Shown here: piece by piece, positions 47,866-57,682 of the stretch | Position numbering within the stretch: position 1 is the first letter of the stretch | Layout: each line of letters begins with the position of its first letter | Origin: Candidatus Latescibacterota bacterium | Lineage (GTDB): Bacteria > Latescibacterota > UBA2968 > UBA8231 | DNA: 64,000 bases | NCBI GenBank assembly: GCA_965242865.1 | Contig: CBDETK010000013.1 | Coordinates: 2,720,001 to 2,784,000 of the forward strand | Direction: 5' to 3' | Notes under the pieces: generated by a model | What the model was told of the DNA's origin: nothing | Database searches by the model: none | What the model saw: the letters and a program-made list of their open reading frames with translations, nothing else | Program-made: the position numbers and the translations under genes

Positions 47866-48276
47866 ATGCCAGCACCGCCTCCCGACTTCGCGCTCACCCT
47901 ATCCGTCCGCGACTACGAATGCGACCTGCAAGGCGTCGTCAACAACGCCGTGTACCAGAACTACCTCGAACACGCCCGCCACCAGTACTTGCACAGCCTC
48001 GGCCTCAGCTTTGCCCGATTCCACCAGCAGGGCCACGACTTGGTTCTCACCCGCGCAGAAATCGACTACAAGACGCCCCTCAGAAGCGGCGACCGCTTCA
48101 CGGTCGAGCTGCGCTTGGAGCGGGAGAGCCGCCTGCGCTTCTGCTTTGTGCAAGATATTTTCAGAGAAGCCGACAGCGCACACGTGCTGCACGGCCGCCT
48201 CATCGGCACCAGCCTCAACCGCGATGGGCAGCGCGGCTTTCCGCCTGAGCTAGAGGAACTTTTGGTGAACTGCTGA
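47866..48276 (+). CDS. Acyl-CoA thioesterase (YbgC/FadM-like hotdog fold)
   Basis: VRDYECDLQGVVNNAVYQNYLEHAR. Confidence 0.9.
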   Translation: MPAPPPDFALTLSVRDYECDLQGVVNNAVYQNYLEHARHQYLHSLGLSFARFHQQGHDLVLTRAEIDYKTPLRSGDRFTVELRLERESRLRFCFVQDIFREADSAHVLHGRLIGTSLNRDGQRGFPPELEELLVNC

Positions 48277-48299
48277 ACTCCCTTAAAACGCCGAGCGGC

Positions 48300-48866
48300 G
48301 ATGTTCGGCTGAGCCAACAGGCCGGTCCGCCGGTGTTGGCGGCGGGACCAGCGGGGCTGCTGGCATTGGCACCGTTGATGCAGCCGGCCCCCGGACAGGC
48401 CGCCGAGGCGTGGCTGCGTCAATGCGTACAAGCGGTGCAAGCGCTGCCGCTGGCGGAGCCGGCGCGGGGCAATTTGGTCGGCGGCCTGTCGGTGCTTAGC
48501 GGGTTGATATACGCGCCCGAAACCATTGCAGCAATTCTTTCTCAGGAGGGGATCATGGACCTTATCCGCGAATCATCGTTTGCCCAACTTCTCACCCAAC
48601 AAGCCCGTGAGCAAGGGCTTGAGCAAGGCCGAGAAGAAGGGCTTGAGCAAGGGCTTGAGCAAGGGCTTGAGCAAGGGGGGCGAGAACGCGCCATTGAAGC
48701 TCTGCTCGATGTGCTGGAGATACGCTTTGCGCTCGGCGAGGCGGAACCGTTGGTCGCTCGCATACGAGACATCAGGGATTTGCAGCGTCTCAAGCAGTTG
48801 CATCGGGCAGCCATCCAGGTGCCCAGTCTTGAAGCCTTTGGACGCCTGTTAGACGGAGCCGAGTAG
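48300..48866 (+). pseudogene. 5'-truncated Rpn-family (recombination-promoting nuclease/putative transposase) gene
   Basis: GLLALAPLM, then E(Q/E)G repeats and LEIRF...L.QL...A C-terminus; an in-frame stop at 48246 leaves no room for the N-terminal nuclease domain. Confidence 0.7.
48555..48866 (+). CDS. Small internally initiated C-terminal Rpn product (RpnS-like, 103 aa)
   Basis: AGGAGG at 48544-48549 precedes an in-frame ATG at 48555 (MDLIRESS...); contains 12-nt repeats gagcaagggctt. Confidence 0.65.
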   Translation: MDLIRESSFAQLLTQQAREQGLEQGREEGLEQGLEQGLEQGGRERAIEALLDVLEIRFALGEAEPLVARIRDIRDLQRLKQLHRAAIQVPSLEAFGRLLDGAE

Positions 48867-48937
48867 GGGTGTGCCGCGTAATCTCATACTGAAGAAAGGA
48901 ATTGACCTTATGAAGTTGTTTAGACGCTGACGTGCAG

Positions 48938-48977
48938 GAAATACGGGTGCACGGCATCCGCTCAATTGCCATCCCCC
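48938..48977 (+). repeat. 40-bp darG-like fragment similar to 5174-5213
   Basis: 34/40 nt identical by manual alignment; encodes EIRVHGIRSIAIP versus EIRTRGIRSIAIP in DarG. Confidence 0.8.
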
Positions 48978-49002
48978 GAAACCCTAGTTTTAAGAACGCC
49001 CC

Positions 49003-51558
49003 CTACCCCCTCGCCCAGTGGACCAACCCCATTTCCAAGGGATTTTGCAAGTCGGGATGCGACGGCACCACGCGCAGGGTATAGCCATACGAGCCAGCCA
49101 CGGCGCACGTGAAGGTGCCGGCGAAATGGTAGGTGCCGTCGCCGTTGCGCCCAGCCAATTCTAGCGGGTACACCTCGGTCTGGGCGAATTCGTGCTGGGC
49201 GTTGAGGCGGCCGGCGTAAATCTCAACGCGGACATCCTCGGGCGCGAGCTCGCCCAAGGCCACGGCGGCGCGCAACGGCACCTGCATCCCCACCTTGAGC
49301 AGCCGCGGAAATTCAGCATCCACCGCGCCGATCTGGACTTGCGCCCACTTGGAGCGCACGTGCGACTTCCAATGCGTCAGCCGCTGGACTCGCTCTCGGT
49401 CGGCCGCCAATTCCCCAAAGCGAGCCTGCCCGGGCAAGTAGAACCGCTCGACGTATTCGCGCACCATGCGGTGCGTGTTGTACTGCGGCGCGAGCTGGGC
49501 GATGGTCTCCTTCATGCGGGCGATCCAACCGCCGGGCAATCCGTCCGCCCCGCGCTGGTAAAAGAGGGGGATCACCTCGGTCTCTAGCAGATCGTAGAGC
49601 GAGTTGGACTCGACCTCGTCTTGGTAGTGGTCGTCGTCGTAGTCCTCGCCACGGCCAATGGTCCAGCCCGCGTGCCGGTCGCAGGCTTCGTCCCACCAGC
49701 CATCGAATACGCTGACGTTGAGCACGCCGTTGATCGCGGCCTTCATGCCAGACGTGCCCGAAGCCTCCAAGGGACGGCGGGGGTTGTTGAGCCAGACATC
49801 GCACCCTTGCACCAAGTAGCGGGCGAGGTTCATGTCGTAGTCTTGCAAAAAGAAAATCCGGCCATTAAAGGGGGCTTGCCGTGCGAGATGAACGACTTGG
49901 CGGATTAGCTCCTTGCCCGCGTCGTCGTGGGGGTGGGCCTTGCCGGCGAAGAGAATCTGCAAGGGCCGCTGCGCGTCGGAAAACAGGGCCTTGAGCCGCT
50001 CGAGCTGGCGGAAAATCAGGTTGCCGCGCTTGTACGTGGCAAAGCGGCGAGCAAAGCCAATGGTCAGCACCGCGGGGTCGAGCCGCACGAGGGCCTGTTC
50101 AATTTTGGCGGCTGGTGCCCCTTGGCCCAGCATCTGCTGGCGCAGGTGCTGGCGCGTCACGTCGATCAGCCGCTTGCGCCGGTGCTGGTGCGTGTCCCAC
50201 AACGCGCGGTCCGGGATGCGATAGACTGGGGCCCAGTCCCGCTCGTCGGCTGCGACAAGGCGCCAGACGTCGCCGAGATGGCGGTCCAACAGCTCGGCCA
50301 TTTCCAGCGAAACCCACGTGTGGAGATGGACGCCGTTGGTGACGTGGCCGATGGGAATTTCGTGCGCTGAAAAGTCGGGCCACAGGCCCTGCCATATCCG
50401 GCGGCTAACCGCGCCGTGCAGGCGGCTGACGCCATTGGCCCGGCCCGACAACCGGAGCGCCAAAACCGTCATGCAGAAGTCGGCGTGGAGGTCGCGGGGG
50501 TCCACCCGGCCCAAGCCGATAAATTCCTCGTGCGACAGGCCGAGCCACTCGCGGAAGTAGCCCAAGTGCGCCTCGACCAAGTCCGCGGGAAACCAGTCGT
50601 TGCCCGCCGCGACCGGGGTGTGCGTGGTGAACACATTGCCCACGATGCTGGCCTCGCGCGCCGTGGCAAACGAATAACCGTGCTCGGCCATGAGCCGACG
50701 AATCCGCTCCAGAGCCAAAAAGGCCGAGTGCCCCTCGTTGATGTGGCAGACGGTGGGTTCGACGCCCACGGCTTGGAGGGCGCGCAGGCCGCCGATGCCG
50801 AGGAGGATCTCCTGCCGGATGCGCATGGCTGCGTCGCCGCCGTAGAGGCGGGCGGTAATGTCGCGGTCGGCCGGGGCGTTTTCGTCGAGGTTGGTGTCGA
50901 GCAAATAGAGCCGCACTCGGCCCACCTGCACCTGCCAGAGCTGCGCCTGCACCAAGCCGTGGGCAAAGGGCACCTCAATGGTCAGGTGCGCTCCGTCGCG
51001 GGCGTGGACCGGCTGGACGGGCATCTGGAAGAAGTCGTTTTCCGGGTTTTGCTCTATCTGCCAGCCATCGGCGTTGAGGGCTTGGCGGAAATAGCCCTCG
51101 CGGTAGAGCAAGCCGACCCCGACGAGGGGGACGCCTAGGTCGCTCGCGGCCTTGAGGTGGTCGCCGGCGAGCACGCCCAAGCCACCGGAATAGATGCGGA
51201 GGCTCTCGGTCAGGCCGAATTCCGCCGAGAAGTACGCAACCTGTAACGGGCTCCCGCCGTGCGTCTGGCCAAACCACGTCGGTTGGGCCAAGTAGCTCTC
51301 GAACTGCTCGACGACGCGCTCGACGCGGCCCCGCAAGTGCTCGTCATCAACGAGGGCGTCGAGCTGGTCCGGCCGCAGGGAGGCCCAAAAGCGCAGGGGA
51401 TCGCGCTGGCTTTCGGTCCACGTTTTGGGGTCGATCTGGTAGAGGGTGCGGATGGTTTCCTTGCTCCAAGTCCACCAGAGGTTGTGCCCCAGTTCCCACA
51501 GCGGCGTCAGTGGCTCGGGCAGGGACGGAACGATGTTGAGGCGATATAGAGGTTTCAT
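49003..51558 (-). CDS. glgP: Alpha-glucan (glycogen) phosphorylase
   Basis: NLWWTW, AYFSAEFG, YSGGLGVLAGDHLK, FARRFATYKR, EASGTSGMK (PLP lysine). Confidence 0.96.
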   Translation of the reverse strand: MKPLYRLNIVPSLPEPLTPLWELGHNLWWTWSKETIRTLYQIDPKTWTESQRDPLRFWASLRPDQLDALVDDEHLRGRVERVVEQFESYLAQPTWFGQTHGGSPLQVAYFSAEFGLTESLRIYSGGLGVLAGDHLKAASDLGVPLVGVGLLYREGYFRQALNADGWQIEQNPENDFFQMPVQPVHARDGAHLTIEVPFAHGLVQAQLWQVQVGRVRLYLLDTNLDENAPADRDITARLYGGDAAMRIRQEILLGIGGLRALQAVGVEPTVCHINEGHSAFLALERIRRLMAEHGYSFATAREASIVGNVFTTHTPVAAGNDWFPADLVEAHLGYFREWLGLSHEEFIGLGRVDPRDLHADFCMTVLALRLSGRANGVSRLHGAVSRRIWQGLWPDFSAHEIPIGHVTNGVHLHTWVSLEMAELLDRHLGDVWRLVAADERDWAPVYRIPDRALWDTHQHRRKRLIDVTRQHLRQQMLGQGAPAAKIEQALVRLDPAVLTIGFARRFATYKRGNLIFRQLERLKALFSDAQRPLQILFAGKAHPHDDAGKELIRQVVHLARQAPFNGRIFFLQDYDMNLARYLVQGCDVWLNNPRRPLEASGTSGMKAAINGVLNVSVFDGWWDEACDRHAGWTIGRGEDYDDDHYQDEVESNSLYDLLETEVIPLFYQRGADGLPGGWIARMKETIAQLAPQYNTHRMVREYVERFYLPGQARFGELAADRERVQRLTHWKSHVRSKWAQVQIGAVDAEFPRLLKVGMQVPLRAAVALGELAPEDVRVEIYAGRLNAQHEFAQTEVYPLELAGRNGDGTYHFAGTFTCAVAGSYGYTLRVVPSHPDLQNPLEMGLVHWARG

Positions 51559-51573
51559 AGTTTAGTGTTGTTT

Positions 51574-52218
51574 TTATTTGCGATGGCCACGCTTGGATTG
51601 TAGATGAAAGTGGTACAACAGAAATAGAAAGAGTAAGGGCAAAAATAATAGCTTCAATTCTAATTCGGTTGGTTGGCGGTTGGCGACCTTGCGAGCCAGT
51701 TCGTAGCCGATGGTAGCTTCGACTTCGGCTTCGACAGAAGATAGCCACCATGTTACAAGCCCGAACATCAGTAGTACACCAAGCCCGCCGCCGAGAAGAA
51801 GTCCCCAAGCTACCCAACTAAAGTAGAAAGGAAGCGGAGTACGTTCATACATATTGACCACAGGGATTCCTATGGTTAATGAAAGGCCGATGATAGTAGA
51901 ACACAGTATCAGAACGAGGGCAGTAGAGAGCAACTTGTCCCGAAAATTATCTGCGGGAGGTACGTCATCGCGTAGTTCAGCTCCGGCCTTTTGGGCAACG
52001 CATCTTGCGTACCCTTGCAGACGCTTTGCTACAAAATAGATCAAAGCTAAAACGCTCTCGCGCGATAGCCATAACGACACATACAAAATGACTGCCGTTG
52101 CAGCCCAGTCGTCTAGGGGATATTCTACTAGCCAAAATGCGAACATCCACAGCGTGGTATGTGCGATGGCTAGCTTGAAATCTCTGACGGGAAGAAGGTT
52201 CTTTTTCATGGTATTCAC
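51574..52218 (-). CDS. Hypothetical membrane protein (~4 TM), AT-rich
   Basis: 214-aa ORF with several hydrophobic stretches; GTGA overlap with the upstream ORF; AAGGGAG upstream. Confidence 0.6.
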   Translation of the reverse strand: MNTMKKNLLPVRDFKLAIAHTTLWMFAFWLVEYPLDDWAATAVILYVSLWLSRESVLALIYFVAKRLQGYARCVAQKAGAELRDDVPPADNFRDKLLSTALVLILCSTIIGLSLTIGIPVVNMYERTPLPFYFSWVAWGLLLGGGLGVLLMFGLVTWWLSSVEAEVEATIGYELARKVANRQPTELELKLLFLPLLFLFLLYHFHLQSKRGHRK

Positions 52219-52547
52219 TCTCCCTTCTCATGGCCCGGTTCACTAATGGAAGACTTGCGTAGGCTAGCGAGTATCAAGTCCCAAATATCCTTCAGGCTTG
52301 TTAATGCTGTTGCAACGGCCAATACGAGAATGGGCACAAGGACGACCGTCGAAGAAATACTTTTAACTGTTTCAGAGGCACCGAAAGATCCTAGTGCTGA
52401 GTCTATCAGCCAACTGAGACCTATATTGACGGCTAACAGAGCACCCCAAGACAGTGCCATGATAACTATGCGGACAATAATGTTAAAACACAACTGACCT
52501 AGCAGGATCGTCGAAGGATACAGTTTGACGAGAGAATGCCAGTCCAT
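52215..52547 (-). CDS. Hypothetical membrane protein (2 TM), AT-rich
   Basis: 110-aa ORF with two long hydrophobic segments; AAGGA upstream. Confidence 0.6.
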   Translation of the reverse strand: MDWHSLVKLYPSTILLGQLCFNIIVRIVIMALSWGALLAVNIGLSWLIDSALGSFGASETVKSISSTVVLVPILVLAVATALTSLKDIWDLILASLRKSSISEPGHEKGE

Positions 52548-52804
52548 TTATCGCAGCGTCCTTATTCCATCTCGAGACAGGACTCGCCCCGGCTCGAAGC
52601 TGGTGTCAGGTATCCTGCTGTGGCAGGCACCAGCCGCGAGGGGTTGGCTTCTTTAGGTTATTACTGAGCCTCTTAAAATAAAAAAGGAGCGCATCGCCCG
52701 TGTCAATCGCCGGAGTGTCGCCGCCACAATGTCCGTTCGGCGGGCAAACATTGCGCTAAATTTCTTCAAATCATAGACTTAGATAACTTTTTCAGGAGGA
52801 TTCT

Positions 52805-53815
52805 ATGGACGGTAAACCCCGTGTTCTCATCAGCGGCTTTGCCGACGAGGGGCCGGCCGACAAAAAGGCCGAAGCCCAGTTAGCCATGCTCGCGACGCTG
52901 GGCATGTCGCACTACAGCTTGCGCTTTGTGGATGTGGGGCAGGGCGTCAAAAACGCAATGCAGCTAACGCAGCCCGAAATCGCACGGCTGCGACAACTCC
53001 ACGGCGAATTTGGGATTGCAGTGGCCTCAATCGGCTCGCCGATTGGCAAGGTCAAGCTGCTCGATGGGGAAGACGGCTCGGCCAATGCCTATATCCCGTT
53101 TGACCAATACTTGCAACAGGATGTGCAGCGGGCCGTGGATCTGGCCGGCGAGTTTGAGACGCGGCTGATCCGCGGGTTCTCGTTTTACCCCCCCCGAGGC
53201 GAAGATCCAGCCGATTACGTGGAGCCGGCGGCCGAGCGGGTGGCGCGAATCGCCGAGGTTTGCCGTCGAGGCGGGGTCCTTTTTGGCCTAGAGGTCGAAG
53301 CCAACCTCGTCGGCCAAAACGGGCGGCTCCTCTACGAGCTCTACGAGCAGGTGGCCCACCCCAACCTGTGCCTGATTTTCGACGGCGGCAACCTGTCGAG
53401 CCAAAACTTCACCGCGGTTGAGACCCTAGCCGAGTATCGGGCGATGCGCGCGGGGATTGGCTGGATGCACATCAAGGATTACAAGATCGACCCGACCCTC
53501 CAATGGGAGGGCGTCGTGGACGAGGAACGGCTCAAAAACTTTGTGCCCGCCGACCGAGGAGACTCCGGGCACGAGGCCATATTGCGCGACTTCCGCACCC
53601 GCATCCCGGCCCTAGAGCGCGAGCTAAAGCAGAAGGGGGTGCCCGGCGTGTTCCTCGACCTAGAGCCGCACCTAAGAGGCGGCGGGCAGTTTGGCGGCGT
53701 CAGCGGCGTCGATGGGTTTGGGGTCGCGCTACGGGCGCTGCTCAACCTGCTCGACTACGTGGGCATCGGCTACGCGCTGACGGACTACGCGGCCATCGCC
53801 CGGCAGCGGGGCTAA
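52805..53815 (+). CDS. Xylose-isomerase-like TIM barrel (sugar-phosphate isomerase/epimerase)
   Basis: ISGFADE, SIGSPIGKV, IRGFSFY, IFDGGN, HIKD, LEPHL; AGGAGG RBS. Confidence 0.85.
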   Translation: MDGKPRVLISGFADEGPADKKAEAQLAMLATLGMSHYSLRFVDVGQGVKNAMQLTQPEIARLRQLHGEFGIAVASIGSPIGKVKLLDGEDGSANAYIPFDQYLQQDVQRAVDLAGEFETRLIRGFSFYPPRGEDPADYVEPAAERVARIAEVCRRGGVLFGLEVEANLVGQNGRLLYELYEQVAHPNLCLIFDGGNLSSQNFTAVETLAEYRAMRAGIGWMHIKDYKIDPTLQWEGVVDEERLKNFVPADRGDSGHEAILRDFRTRIPALERELKQKGVPGVFLDLEPHLRGGGQFGGVSGVDGFGVALRALLNLLDYVGIGYALTDYAAIARQRG

Positions 53816-55041
53816 CGCCCTTGCGCCACCAGCTCCGCATGCCGCTTTTGGAAGGCCGCGCTGTTGTCGTCCTCAACCACCTGCAAGTCAACGCCCGGCT
53901 CAAACCCGGGAATGTTGCCCGCGTAGAAGGCCCGCTGATAGTGGGCTTCCGCGGTAAATTCCCACTCCCGCGTTTTGTAGCCACTCGGCCAAAACACGCG
54001 GAGAATGCGCTTTTGGGCCAAGTAGCGGTGCTTGGGCGTAGGCTCTGCGGGATTTACTCGGTAGGTTTCAATGGCCTCTTCATCCACAGAGACGCCCAAG
54101 CCGGGGCTGTCTGGCACCGGCATATAGCCATCGCGGACCTCGATAGGCTCTTGCAGCAGGTCGTCCTCCCATAGCTCGTGGCAGGTGATATAGGGCAGTT
54201 GGGCGTGTGAGAGCACCGCGCCGAGGTGAGCCGCATAAGCGGTGGTTAGGCCCGCGCCGACGAGCTGGAGCCAAAAGGGCTTGTTGTGGGCGGCCGCGAG
54301 GGTGGCGGTCCGCCGGGTCTCGGTCGCGCCGCTGCCGATGACGAAACCATCGCAGCAGTTGTTGCGCAGATACTGGTCTTGGTAGTGCTCGACAATGGGT
54401 TTGCGCACCCGCTCGCGCAAAATCCGCGCGCCATCTACGTCCGAGTGCAGGTAAAACGGGCTTTCGTACATGCCGACATTGGGGTTTTCGTCGAGTTTTT
54501 GCAGGATGAGCTCGGCCTTGGCTTGGTTGAGCAAGAAGCCGTTGAAATCGACGTCGAATTTGTAGTCGGCCGGGACGACCGTGGCGACCGCCTCGGTTTG
54601 ATCGATGATGTCGCGCCAAGGGCGGGCCTTCATCTTAAAGCAGGTGTACCCGCGCCTCAGCGATTCCTCGGCCTCGGCGACCCAGTCTTGCGGCGGCATA
54701 TCTATATCCCACCAAGATATGGGGCAGCGGTCGCGGAGCTTGACGCCGAGGAGCTCGTGGACGGGTACGCCGTTGTCTTGGGCCACTAGGTCGAGACAGG
54801 CCACTTGCGGGCCAAAGCCGATCTCGTCGCGGTGGATCAGGCTGGCCGGATTTTGCCCGACGAGGCCGTCGACCGACGGCTGGCCGTGGCTGTCGGCCCA
54901 GCCGACGAGGTCCTCGTCCGTCTCCAAGCGCACCATCCACACCCGCTCGTCGTGGGTGGAGGCGCGGTGCATGGCGCGGGTGACGTGCTCGGCGTAGAAG
55001 GGGATGTTGAGGGCAATGACTTCAGCGCGGGTGATCTTCAT
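53812..55041 (-). CDS. Mandelate racemase/muconate lactonizing enzyme family protein
   Basis: VRLETD...GW, GVPVHELLG, GY..FKMK (KxK), VDFN, ESP, G.MPVP..PGLGV.VDE. Confidence 0.85.
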   Translation of the reverse strand: MKITRAEVIALNIPFYAEHVTRAMHRASTHDERVWMVRLETDEDLVGWADSHGQPSVDGLVGQNPASLIHRDEIGFGPQVACLDLVAQDNGVPVHELLGVKLRDRCPISWWDIDMPPQDWVAEAEESLRRGYTCFKMKARPWRDIIDQTEAVATVVPADYKFDVDFNGFLLNQAKAELILQKLDENPNVGMYESPFYLHSDVDGARILRERVRKPIVEHYQDQYLRNNCCDGFVIGSGATETRRTATLAAAHNKPFWLQLVGAGLTTAYAAHLGAVLSHAQLPYITCHELWEDDLLQEPIEVRDGYMPVPDSPGLGVSVDEEAIETYRVNPAEPTPKHRYLAQKRILRVFWPSGYKTREWEFTAEAHYQRAFYAGNIPGFEPGVDLQVVEDDNSAAFQKRHAELVAQGR

Positions 55042-55152
55042 GGGGGCCTCCGAGGGTGATGGGTCATGGGCTGATGGACAGAAAGACACGTAAAAATTCG
55101 CTGGCGAGCAACCGCTAATTTAATCTAACGCAACGCAAGGAAAGGTAACGCC

Positions 55153-56652
55153 ATGAACGAGACGTATAAAGCCTTTGTAGAACGCCTCCACGAGTTGGCC
55201 GACCTAGGCCACGCGCAGGGGCTGATGCACTGGGACCAAGAGACGTACATGCCGCGGCGCGGCGCGGCCATGCGGGCCAGAGCGCTGGGCACCTTGGCCG
55301 GTCTGTGCCACGAGCGGCTCACGGCCCCAGCGTTGGTCGCGCTCGTCGCCGAGCTCAAGGACGCGGACCTAACGGGTGACGCGGCCGTCAACGTCCGCGA
55401 AATCGACCGCCAGCAGAGCCGCTCGCTCAAGCTGCCCAAGGAGCTGGTCGTCGAACTGAGCCAGACCGAGTCTTTGGGGCACGAGGCTTGGATTGAGGCG
55501 CGCAAAAAATCGGACTTCGCGCTCTTCCGGCCTTGGCTGGAGAAAATCGTCGCGCTCAAAAAGGAGGTGGCCGAGCGAGTCGGGTACGAAGGCTCGATGT
55601 ACAACGCGCTGCTCGACGAGTACGAGCCTTATGCGCGGGCCGAGGAGATCGCCCCGGTCTTTGACCAGCTCAAAGCGCAGCTCGTGCCGCTCGTCGAGCA
55701 GATCGTCGCCGCCGGGCAGCATCCGGCGCGGGGCGTGCTCGACCAAGCATACCCCATTGAGCAACAGGAGCTTTTGGGACGGCAGGTGTTAGCGGACCTG
55801 GGCTTTGACTTACAGGCCGGGCGGCTCGACTTGGCGGTGCATCCCTTTTGCTCGGGCACGTCCCGCGACGATGTGCGGCTGACGACGCGCTACAATGCCG
55901 ATTGGCTGCCCGGCGCACTCTTTGGCACCATCCACGAGGCCGGGCACGGGCTGTACGAACAGGGCCTGCCCGCCGACGCCAGCGGCACCCCGGCCGGCCA
56001 GAGCGTCTCGTTGGGGATTCACGAGTCGCAATCGCGGTTGTGGGAAAACATGGTCGGCCGCAGCAAAGCCTTTTGGACGCATTACCTGCCCAAGCTGCGT
56101 ACGCTTTTTCCCCAGCAGCTCAGCGCAGTCGATTTGGACGCCTTTTACGCCGAGGTCAACCAAGTGGAGCCATCCCTGATTCGGGTCGAGGCCGACGAGG
56201 TGACGTACAACCTCCACATCCTGCTGCGCTTTGAACTGGAGTGCGACCTAATTGAGGGGCGGGTTGCCGTGGCCGAGCTGCCGGCCGCGTGGAACGAGCG
56301 GATGGAGCAATACTTGGGCATCCGCCCGGGCGACGATGCCAGCGGTGTGCTCCAAGACACGCACTGGTCCTGCGGCCTGCTGGGCTATTTTCCGACCTAC
56401 GCGCTGGGCAACCTGTACGCGGCCCAGTTTTTTCACCAAGCCCACCAAGACTTGCCCGACCTCGAAGCGCAGATCGCGCAGGGTACTTTCGGGCCGCTCA
56501 AGACTTGGCTCAACGAAAAAATTCACGCCCGCGGCGCACGGGTGACGGCCAGCGAATTGGTCGAGGAGGTGACGGGCGCGAAGCTAAGTGCCGATTGCTT
56601 CATCGCCTATTTGCAGGAGAAGTTCGGTGCGCTCTACGGCCTCAGCCGATGA
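55153..56652 (+). CDS. Carboxypeptidase M32 (Taq-type)
   Basis: WDQETYMP, HPF, DVRLTTRY, HEAGH, HESQS, IRVEADE, GYFPTYALGN. Confidence 0.96.
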   Translation: MNETYKAFVERLHELADLGHAQGLMHWDQETYMPRRGAAMRARALGTLAGLCHERLTAPALVALVAELKDADLTGDAAVNVREIDRQQSRSLKLPKELVVELSQTESLGHEAWIEARKKSDFALFRPWLEKIVALKKEVAERVGYEGSMYNALLDEYEPYARAEEIAPVFDQLKAQLVPLVEQIVAAGQHPARGVLDQAYPIEQQELLGRQVLADLGFDLQAGRLDLAVHPFCSGTSRDDVRLTTRYNADWLPGALFGTIHEAGHGLYEQGLPADASGTPAGQSVSLGIHESQSRLWENMVGRSKAFWTHYLPKLRTLFPQQLSAVDLDAFYAEVNQVEPSLIRVEADEVTYNLHILLRFELECDLIEGRVAVAELPAAWNERMEQYLGIRPGDDASGVLQDTHWSCGLLGYFPTYALGNLYAAQFFHQAHQDLPDLEAQIAQGTFGPLKTWLNEKIHARGARVTASELVEEVTGAKLSADCFIAYLQEKFGALYGLSR

Positions 56653-57682
56653 CCTGCCACAGGAGCCGGAGCTGGTTCGCGCCGAGAATTTTGCGGATCT
56701 CGGCTTCGGCGTAGCCGCGGGCGGCCAAGCCCACCGCAATGTCCGGGAGGCAGGTCGCGTCTTTCAAGAGCAAGCCGCCGCCGTCAAAGTCCGACCCCAA
56801 GCCGACGTGGTCGATGCCGGCGACCGCGACCGCGTGGTCAATGTGGTCGAGCAGGCCAGCGAAGGTGGGGGTGTGCGCGTCGATGAAGTCCGGGACAAAG
56901 GTGATGCTCACGACCCCGCCGTTTTCGGCGAGGGCGCGCAATTGCTCGTCGCGGAGGTTGCGCGGGTGCTCGCAGAGGGCGCGGCAGCAGCTATGGGTGG
57001 CCACAAAGGGAGCTTGGGCCGCTCGAACCACGTCCCAAAAGCCCGGCTCGTTGAGGTGGGAGACATCAACGATCATGCCTAGCGCGTTCATCTGCGCGAG
57101 TAGCTGGCGGCCAAAGCCGGTCAGACCGCCTCCGCCTGCGACCTCGCAGCCGTCGCCAGCCCACGAGCGGGTGCTGTGGGTGAGGGTCATGGCGCGGACG
57201 CCCAGCCGATAGAGCAGCGGCAGAACGTGGGGGCTTTGCTCCAGCGCATCGCTGTTTTCCACCGCCAGGATGGCCGCCAACTGGCCCTCGGCGCGGGCGC
57301 GCTCCACGTCAGCCGCGCAGTGGGCCACGACAATGCCCCCGCTGTGCTCTTCCACTTCTCGCAGAAAATAGCCCAAGGCGTCCATGCAGTAGAGCAAGTG
57401 ATTGCTCCAAGGGCGGGTGCAGTCCACCGCGAAAAACGCCGCGTCTAGCCCGCCCTCCCGCGCCTTGGGCAAGTCGAGCTGGACGCCGTCGCCCAGCGGC
57501 TGGTACTGGCGCAAGTACGCGACCGCCCCCTCGCGCTGGCGGAAGTCAACGCGCTGGGTGCCGCCTAAAGACATGCCCCGGCGGATCAGGGCGACGATGC
57601 TGTCGTTGTGCGCGTCGATGACGAAAGAGTCGCGGTGGAGGCGACGGGCGGTTTGTTCGTCCATTGGCATTGTTGCGTTCAC
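56642..57682 (-). CDS. Membrane dipeptidase (M19)
   Basis: IDAHND, GLT.FG, GMIVDVSH, ATHS, HPRNL.D, DHVGLGSDFDG. Confidence 0.93.
   Translation of the reverse strand: MNATMPMDEQTARRLHRDSFVIDAHNDSIVALIRRGMSLGGTQRVDFRQREGAVAYLRQYQPLGDGVQLDLPKAREGGLDAAFFAVDCTRPWSNHLLYCMDALGYFLREVEEHSGGIVVAHCAADVERARAEGQLAAILAVENSDALEQSPHVLPLLYRLGVRAMTLTHSTRSWAGDGCEVAGGGGLTGFGRQLLAQMNALGMIVDVSHLNEPGFWDVVRAAQAPFVATHSCCRALCEHPRNLRDEQLRALAENGGVVSITFVPDFIDAHTPTFAGLLDHIDHAVAVAGIDHVGLGSDFDGGGLLLKDATCLPDIAVGLAARGYAEAEIRKILGANQLRLLWQVIG

Noticed and set aside
48608-48677. 12-nt gagcaagggctt tandem repeat as an independent element
   Set aside because: It is the usual E(Q/E)G coding repeat of Rpn-family C-termini.
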